Shown: positions 1 through 6,145 of the stretch, in pieces
How the letters are laid out: each line of letters begins with the position of its first letter
Position numbering within the stretch: the stretch's first letter is position 1
Origin: an uncultured Acidimicrobiaceae bacterium
GTDB lineage: Bacteria; Actinomycetota; Acidimicrobiia; Acidimicrobiales; Palsa-688
Reading direction: 5' to 3'
Assembly: GCA_963729695.1 (NCBI GenBank)
Contig: CAVSOT010000007.1
Location: 425,332 to 489,331, forward strand
DNA length: 64,000 bases
Program-made: the position numbers and the translations under genes
The notes under the pieces: model-generated
Seen by the model: only the letters and a program-made list of their open reading frames with translations
What the model was told of the DNA's origin: nothing
The model's database searches: none

Positions 1-851
1 TCCGAGGGGGCGGTATCGAACAGTTGGCCAACAATGTCAATCCGGCCTACAACCGAGAACGGTTCGCGGAGGCCCACGATCTGCTGATCAAGACGTGGAC
101 GGTGCCCGGCCCCTGGCGATGGGAGGGTGAGCACTATCAGGTCCGGGTGGTCAACCCCTGGTCGCTGCCGCTGCAGATGCCACATCCGCGGATTCTCGTC
201 CCGGGCGTTACGAGCCCGGAGTCGATCGTCTTCGCCGCCGAGCACCAATATCCCTACATCTGCCTGAACATGACCCTTCCGGTGACGAAACGGATCTGGG
301 CGACCTACGACGAAGCGGCTGCCCGGGCCGGTTACACGGCTGGACCCGAGCACCGGGGCTACTTGATGCGCTGCCACGTCCAACGAGATGGGGACAAAGC
401 CCGGGCTATTGCGGCAGATTTCACCTGGATGATGGGAGACACCATCGGGTTGGGGAATCCGGCGTGGAATGCTCCCACCGGTTACAGCAGCTTCGATGCC
501 CGCCAGGCTCGAATCAAGGCGTTGAAGGAGTACAGCGTCCCGATAGAGCAGCAGTTCGAGAACCTGACCTTGATCGCGGGCACGCCCAAAGAGGTGATCC
601 AAGGCATCCGGATCTGGCTCGAAGAGACCCGCCCAGGGATGCTGATCTTTATGCCGAACGAGGGTCGAGTCACCCACGACGATGCGATGGAGTGCATCAG
701 ACTCATGGGCGAGGAAGTGCTCCCTGCCGTAAGGGACATGGCCAAAGAGCTCGACCTTCCCGGTCCTTTCGAGGCCGACTCGGGCATCAGCCCCGCGGCC
801 CGGGCCGCAACATGGCCGGAGCCGTCTCCGGTGGCGTCGCCGGTGGCCTGA
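1..851 (+). CDS. LLM-class (luciferase-like) flavin-dependent oxidoreductase, C-terminal fragment (5' end outside window)
   Basis: Frame is open from the window edge to TGA 849-851. The C-terminal half aligns by eye with the complete paralog at 24653..25810 (VNPWSLPLQMPHPRILVPG vs VNPWPRPIQTPHPPIWIPG). Confidence 0.8.
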   Translation, partial: RGGGIEQLANNVNPAYNRERFAEAHDLLIKTWTVPGPWRWEGEHYQVRVVNPWSLPLQMPHPRILVPGVTSPESIVFAAEHQYPYICLNMTLPVTKRIWATYDEAAARAGYTAGPEHRGYLMRCHVQRDGDKARAIAADFTWMMGDTIGLGNPAWNAPTGYSSFDARQARIKALKEYSVPIEQQFENLTLIAGTPKEVIQGIRIWLEETRPGMLIFMPNEGRVTHDDAMECIRLMGEEVLPAVRDMAKELDLPGPFEADSGISPAARAATWPEPSPVASPVA

Positions 852-879
852 TGGCGACCCCCCGGGGCGGCGACGCCGA

Positions 880-1818
880 TCAGGACCTCGGCGCGACCAC
901 CCGGGCGAGCCAATCGCTGACCATCCGCTGGCAGCGCTTGGTCACCTCGGCGTTGGGAGCGGCCGATTCGAATCCATGGGGTAAGCCGGGATAGACGTGG
1001 AGCTCGGTAGCCACACCAGCCTGGTAGAGCCTCATGGCGTAGACGACGTCCTCGTCGCAAAATCCGTCCAGGGTCCCGACATAGACCAGGGCGGGTGGCA
1101 GGCCGCAGAGGTCGGGGGATCGGCTGGGTGCTGCCAGATACGGAACATCGACGCCATACAGGTCACCGAGATAGCAACGCCAGCCGAACTCGTTGTCGGC
1201 CGGCGTCCAGGTAGGTACGTGCCACCCGCTCGTCTCGGTTGTCTGGCGGTCGTCGATCATCGGGTAGGCCAGCATCTGGAAGGCGACAGGCAACTCGCCT
1301 CGATCGCGGGCCAGGAGAGCGAGGGCTGCAGCCAGACCCCCGCCGGCGCTGGCCCCTCCGATGCCGATTCTCGTCGGGTCGACACCTAGGTCAGTGGCGT
1401 GCTCGAACACCCACTTCAAGCCGGCGTAACAATCGTCGAGTGGCCCCGGGTATGGGGTTTCGGGGGCCAGCCGGTACTCGACCGACACCCCGACAAGACC
1501 GATATCCGCGCACCAGCGATCAAAACGGGGATCGTCCATCGACCGGTGCCCCAGCACGTACCCGCCGCCGTGAATGTGGTACAGGCACGGAGCCGCCGGC
1601 TGCACATCCGTAGGAACGTGGACTCGAACGGTCACGTCGGGCGCCCCTGGCGCCCCCGGTACCACGTAGTCCTGGCGCGTCACCGCTTCGGTGGAGGCCA
1701 AGGTGTCCATCGCGGCAAGGAACTGGCGGGCTTCGGCGAGGCGATCCAAGCCGAGCGGCGGCGAGGCGCCGCGAGCTCGTAGAGCCGCTTCGATCTCAGG
1801 GTCCAGGGTGACAACCAT
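880..1818 (-). CDS. alpha/beta hydrolase, hormone-sensitive-lipase-type esterase
   Basis: HGGG oxyanion motif (YHIHGGGYVLG) and GxSxG nucleophile elbow (GGASAGG). Start placed at ATG 1818 (MVVTLDPEIE...) because the 54 upstream codons of ORF 880..1980 look non-coding. Confidence 0.85.
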   Translation of the reverse strand: MVVTLDPEIEAALRARGASPPLGLDRLAEARQFLAAMDTLASTEAVTRQDYVVPGAPGAPDVTVRVHVPTDVQPAAPCLYHIHGGGYVLGHRSMDDPRFDRWCADIGLVGVSVEYRLAPETPYPGPLDDCYAGLKWVFEHATDLGVDPTRIGIGGASAGGGLAAALALLARDRGELPVAFQMLAYPMIDDRQTTETSGWHVPTWTPADNEFGWRCYLGDLYGVDVPYLAAPSRSPDLCGLPPALVYVGTLDGFCDEDVVYAMRLYQAGVATELHVYPGLPHGFESAAPNAEVTKRCQRMVSDWLARVVAPRS

Positions 1819-2000
1819 CAAAATGGATGTTAGCGGGCAGACGTCCAGGCCTGCTCGTTTGATGCACCCCGATATGAGGTCCAGCCCGGTGAATACAACT
1901 GAATAGAGGGAATGCAAGTGAATAGAATGGCGGTCACGTCGAGGTATCGAGGGACCGTCGCCGGACTCTCGAGGAACCAAAGTCGAGGTTCAAGGAAGCC

Positions 2001-3353
2001 GTGACCGCCCCCACTTCGCTGGAGGAAATTGCCGACGGCCTGGTGGCCGTGGTCAGGAGCAGTTGCCCGACGTGCGTGACCGTGGCTCCGGTTCTCGCCG
2101 AGCTGGCGTCGGAAGCCTCGTTGACGGTCATCAGCCAGGACGACCCGGGATTCCCTGACGGGGTCGAGTCGGTGGTCCTCGACCAGGATCTCCACCTGTC
2201 CTGGCTTCTCGGCATCGAGACGGTGCCAACCCTCCTCCGCGTAGCCGACGGGCGCGAGTCGGCCCGAGAGATCGGCTGGCACCGCAGCCGTTGGGAGACC
2301 CTCAGCGGCGTCCGGGAGTTGGGTGAGGGGCTTCCCGAACAGCGGCCGGGATGCGGCTCGCTGTCGGTCGAACCCGGTGTGGCCGAGGCGCTCGACGTCC
2401 GCCACCGACGCCAGATCATGCGCTCCCGTCGAGTCGAGTTCTCCGTGCTGGAGGACGAGTTCGAGGGCATGTGGGCGCGAGGGTGGACCGATGGGTTGCC
2501 GGTGGTGCCGCCAACCGAGGCGCGGGTCTTGGCCATGCTGGACGGCGCCCGGCGCGACCCCGACGAGGTGGTCGGGATCGTGGCGCCGAATCTGGTCCCG
2601 GTGACGGTGGAGAAGGTCGCGGTCAACGCAGTAATGGCCGGATGCCGTCCCGAGTACCTTCCCGTCGTCCTCGCTGCGGTCGAAGCCACCTGCACTGAAG
2701 GGTTCAACATCCACGGGGTGTTGGCCACCACGTTCTCCGTGGGGCCGGTGATCATCGTCAATGGTCCAGTGGCCCGCGCTATCGGTGTGAACAGCGGCGT
2801 CAACGTCCTGGGCCAGGGCAACCGGGCCAACTCGACCATCGGTCGGGCCCTTCAGCTGGTGGTTCGCAACGTCGGGGGCGGCCGTCCCGGCGGCGTCGAC
2901 CGAGCCACCCTCGGCAACCCCGGGAAGGTCGGTTTGTGTTTCTCAGAGGACGAGGAGGGTTCGCCTTGGGAACCGCTCTCGGTAGAGCGGGGAGTGCCCG
3001 ACGGAGTTTCCGCCGTCACCGTGTTCGCTGGAGGGGGGACGCACTCCATCTCCGACCAGACGGCCCGGACACCTGAAGATCTCAGCCGTACCCTGGCGTC
3101 CGGGTTGCGATCGGTGGACACCCTGCTGCTGGTCTCGCCTGATCACGGCCGGACCTTTCGGGACGGTGGCTGGTCGAAGGCCCGGTTGCGCGCCGCACTC
3201 GAACAGCCGAACCAGCGAACCGGGATGCTCGGAAGCCGAGAGTTGCTGATCGTGTATGCGGGTGGGGGCGCCGGGCTCTTCTCCGGCGCCATGGAGGGCT
3301 GGGGTGGTGGCCCCATGGGTAGCATGCACGTGACACGGGAGGTTCGACCATGA
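2001..3353 (+). CDS. fusion protein: N-terminal thioredoxin-fold domain (CPTC) + uncharacterised ~300-aa 'domain X'
   Basis: GTG start preceded by AAGGAAG. SSCPTCVTVAPVL...ETVPTLL is a thioredoxin-like CxxC fold. The C-terminal part (about 2433..3353) has two paralogs in the window (about 30410..31425 and 32109..33189) sharing GLPxxPPT, AGCxPEY, NGP, RANxTxGRA and FCFxED motifs. Confidence 0.85.
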   Translation: MTAPTSLEEIADGLVAVVRSSCPTCVTVAPVLAELASEASLTVISQDDPGFPDGVESVVLDQDLHLSWLLGIETVPTLLRVADGRESAREIGWHRSRWETLSGVRELGEGLPEQRPGCGSLSVEPGVAEALDVRHRRQIMRSRRVEFSVLEDEFEGMWARGWTDGLPVVPPTEARVLAMLDGARRDPDEVVGIVAPNLVPVTVEKVAVNAVMAGCRPEYLPVVLAAVEATCTEGFNIHGVLATTFSVGPVIIVNGPVARAIGVNSGVNVLGQGNRANSTIGRALQLVVRNVGGGRPGGVDRATLGNPGKVGLCFSEDEEGSPWEPLSVERGVPDGVSAVTVFAGGGTHSISDQTARTPEDLSRTLASGLRSVDTLLLVSPDHGRTFRDGGWSKARLRAALEQPNQRTGMLGSRELLIVYAGGGAGLFSGAMEGWGGGPMGSMHVTREVRP

Positions 3354-3395
3354 CGCCGATCGAGATGCCGTCGGGCGGGTATCGCGCTGAGTACC

Positions 3396-3923
3396 TTGCT
3401 GGACCCGACGGCTGAGCTCGCCCCCGCGAGCAGGGCGCTCGTCTCCCGCCCTGCTGGCCTCGACGGGTTGACCATCGGTCTGCTCGACATCTCCAAGCCC
3501 AGAGGTGACGTGTTCCTCGACCAGCTCGCGCAGCGACTGCACGGGCGGGGATGGAGCGTCCTGCGCTATGCAAAACCAACCTTCACCAAGCCGGCGCCCA
3601 TCGATCTTCGCCAGGAGATCGCCGTCCAGTGCGACGTGGTGATCGAGGCCCTCGCCGATTGAGGCAGCTGTACGTCGTGCAGTGTGCACGACATCGCCGA
3701 CCTGGACTCGCGAGGCGTGCCAGGCGTGTTTGTGGCGTCCCGCGAGTTCATCCCTGCCGCCGCGGCCCAGTCCGAAGGTCTCGGTTTTCCCGCCGCCGCG
3801 GTCTTTGTCGACCACCCGATACAGGATCGCACCGACGAGGAGGTCAGAGCCCTGGCTGACGGCGCCCTGCCTGCGCTTCTCGCCGCGCTCACCAACCCTG
3901 CGCCCACCCGCAGCGCGGACTGA
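3396..3923 (+). CDS. UGSC-motif selenoprotein (TGA 3660-3662 read as selenocysteine); function unknown
   Basis: ORF-track fragments 3396..3662 and 3684..3923 share one frame and are split only by TGA. Read-through gives ...VVIEALAD-U-GSCTSCSVHDIADL.... A paralog with the same TGA context lies at 31761, a hairpin lies 11 nt downstream, and the sel genes are in the window. The start is uncertain (TTG 3396, or ancestral ATG 3350 in another frame). Confidence 0.8.
3674..3692 (+). promoter_or_regulatory. SECIS-like RNA hairpin downstream of Sec codon
   Basis: Perfect inverted repeat GTCGTGCA-GTG-TGCACGAC starting 11 nt after TGA 3660-3662. The apical region contains GU. Confidence 0.55.
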
Positions 3924-4004
3924 GCGACCACTGTCGCCGGCGGACCCCGTCGGCGGACCCCTCCGGCCGAACCTGGGGAGGACCGCGACGTCTACGATCT
4001 CGGT

Positions 4005-4838
4005 GTGCACTGGGGGATCGGCTCCGTTCGGGTGACCAAGGTGGTCGAGTACGAGACGTCCGGCCCGTTCCCGAGACTGCTGCTTGGAGCCCCAACCGAC
4101 CTCGCCGAGAAGCACAGGTGGCTCTCCCCGCATTTCGTGACCGACGACGGCGAGGCCCGAACGTCGATTCACGGCCTGGTTGTCGATACCGGGGCCCACC
4201 GGATTCTCGTCGACACCTGTATCGGGAGCATGCGGGAGATGTCGAGCGTGCCCCTCTCACCCAGCGGGTTCCTGGACGCCCTGAACGCAGCCGGCTACGG
4301 CGTGGACGATATCGACACCGTCTTGTGCACCCATCTCCATTTCGATCACGTCGGTTGGAACACCCGCTTGGTGGACGGTCAGTGGCAGGTCACCTTTCCA
4401 AAGGCCCGTTATCTGTTCAGCCGGTCGGAATGGGAGCATTGGCAGACGGCGACCAGCGGGCTGGTGGACATCGCCCACACCGTGGAGCCCGTGGTGGCGG
4501 CCGGCCAAGCCGAGATGGTCGAAGTCGACTGCGTGGTCTGCGACGAGGTTCGGCTTGAGCCGACACCCGGCCATACGCCCGGCCACGTCAGCGTGGTGAT
4601 CGAGAGCGCCGGCGAGCGGGCCGTGATCACGGGCGATCTGGCCCACCATCCGGTCCAGTTCGCCGAGCCACAGCTCGGCAGCCCCGCGGACTCCGATCGG
4701 GCCGAGGCGGTGGAGACGCGCCGTCGCTTCCGGGAGGAGCGTGGCGCCGACGGCGCCTTGGTCATCGGCACCCACTTTGGCGGACCTACTGCCGGGCGGA
4801 TCGTCTGTGAGGGAACGTCATGGCGCTTCGCTGTCTAG
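4005..4838 (+). CDS. MBL-fold metallo-hydrolase (lactonase-like)
   Basis: HxHxDH motif (CTHLHFDHVGW) and a later HTPGH. The GTG start is uncertain by a few codons. Confidence 0.8.
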   Translation: MHWGIGSVRVTKVVEYETSGPFPRLLLGAPTDLAEKHRWLSPHFVTDDGEARTSIHGLVVDTGAHRILVDTCIGSMREMSSVPLSPSGFLDALNAAGYGVDDIDTVLCTHLHFDHVGWNTRLVDGQWQVTFPKARYLFSRSEWEHWQTATSGLVDIAHTVEPVVAAGQAEMVEVDCVVCDEVRLEPTPGHTPGHVSVVIESAGERAVITGDLAHHPVQFAEPQLGSPADSDRAEAVETRRRFREERGADGALVIGTHFGGPTAGRIVCEGTSWRFAV

Positions 4839-4889
4839 AGGGTCGAGGTGTGAGTCGGTTCGGCTTGGGAACGGGCTGTCGACGGCCGC

Positions 4890-5861
4890 TCAGGATTGAC
4901 TCGGAGCGGGAAGGCGCAAGCGTGGCCATACCTCTCGCACCGCCAGCTCGATGACGTCCAGGCTGTCCTCGAAGACCGCAGGCGAGATGATAAAGGTGCG
5001 GGCGCCGGCATCGACAAACGCCTGGAGCCGAGCGGCGACCTCAGCGGGCGTCCCAGCCGGCGCAACCCGCTCGGCCTTGGCCACCTTGTCGGGAGTCCGG
5101 TAGGCGTACCCGAAGAAGCGGCCGATCTCGTCTCGCGCCTGGTCCCCATCCTTGCGGATGGCGCACTTCACGGTCAGCATCCACTCGAATCCGTCGAGGT
5201 CTCGGCCCCGACGCGTCGCCTCCTCGCGGACGACCCGCACGGACTCCGCGTACGCCCGGGGTGACACGAGGTACGGCATCCAGCCGTCGCCGGCCCGGGC
5301 GGCGCGGCGCATCGCCGCCGGCTTACGACCCGATATGACCACAGGCAACTGGCGCGGGCGGGTCGCCGTCTCGTCTGCCCCGAGGGGCTGGACCCGGTGC
5401 AACTGGACGTCGTCGAGGTGGAAGTAGCGCCCGTGGTGGGTCACCGGCTCACCGGTCCACAGCGCCCGCATGACTTCGAGGGCTTCGTCGGTTCGCTGGC
5501 CTCGCTCTGTGATCGGGCTCCCGACCGCTTCGAACTCTTCGGGAAATTCGCCGCCGACACCGATGCCGACCGCAAGCCGGCCGCCCGAGTGGGCGTCGAG
5601 GTCGGCCAACTGCTTGGCCACCAGCACGGGATGATAAAGAGGTAGGACGAGCACCGCCGTGCCGATGCGTACCCGTTCGGTCCATGCCGCGAGCAGGGCG
5701 ACGCGTGTGATCGTCTCGCCCCGCGGGCCCCGAGGAAGGATGTGACCGCCGTGCCAGATGGACTCGATGGGCAGGCGTTCCGCCGCGGCCAACCAGGCTC
5801 GATCCGGCTCGGGGATTGCCGCGGCCCCGAACACGATGCGGTCGGCTATCGCCGCTGGCAT
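4890..5861 (-). CDS. LLM-class (probably F420-dependent) oxidoreductase
   Basis: Luciferase-like TIM-barrel signature stretches (RVRIGTAVLVLPLYHPVLVAKQLADLD, GRLAVGIGVGG). Start trimmed to ATG 5861 (MPAAIADRIVFG...), since the upstream 79 codons of the ORF are Arg/Pro-rich and non-coding-like. Confidence 0.8.
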   Translation of the reverse strand: MPAAIADRIVFGAAAIPEPDRAWLAAAERLPIESIWHGGHILPRGPRGETITRVALLAAWTERVRIGTAVLVLPLYHPVLVAKQLADLDAHSGGRLAVGIGVGGEFPEEFEAVGSPITERGQRTDEALEVMRALWTGEPVTHHGRYFHLDDVQLHRVQPLGADETATRPRQLPVVISGRKPAAMRRAARAGDGWMPYLVSPRAYAESVRVVREEATRRGRDLDGFEWMLTVKCAIRKDGDQARDEIGRFFGYAYRTPDKVAKAERVAPAGTPAEVAARLQAFVDAGARTFIISPAVFEDSLDVIELAVREVWPRLRLPAPSQS

Positions 5862-5955
5862 GGATCGTCCCTGATGGCCGAGCACGCTACTGCAAGCCCG
5901 AAGGGGTCCCACCGTCCGGGCGGAGGGAGTGGCGGGTGGGCCGCTGCTCGTGATG

Positions 5956-6000
5956 TTCGGGGTGCGCCGGCGTTTTCGGGGTGCGCCGGCGTTTTTCGGA
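5956..6000. repeat. ~19-nt direct repeat, about 2.3 copies (TTCGGGGTGCGCCGGCGTT), each containing the palindrome CGCCGGCG
   Basis: Read directly. Lies in the divergent intergenic region between the LLM gene (start 5861, minus) and the CoxL-like gene (start 6146, plus). Confidence 0.6.
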
Positions 6001-6145
6001 CGCGCCTGGCGACAAATGGACATCTGTGCAGCCTCAGGCTGTACAGACGTCCAAAGAATGAGACCTCGCCGCTGGAGGACCACCGGCTCGGCCGCCACCT
6101 ACCCGGCGGTCCCCAACAGTGGTTCCCCAACAACGGGGCCATAGG

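Noticed and set aside
1830-1960. AT-richer stretch with a duplicated TGAATAGA motif in the divergent region between the esterase gene and module A, as a possible regulatory site for the selenoprotein module.
   Set aside because: It is only an 8-nt duplicate, and I have no supporting conservation or regulator. It is noted as the likely promoter region but is not strong enough to call a specific site.
3351-3353. The TGA ending gene 2001..3353 is in the same frame as the UGSC gene, raising the idea of a second Sec codon or a read-through fusion.
   Set aside because: The 14 intervening codons (RRSRCRRAGIALST) look non-coding and no hairpin follows. In module B the equivalent genes are clearly separate, with an out-of-frame ATGA overlap.
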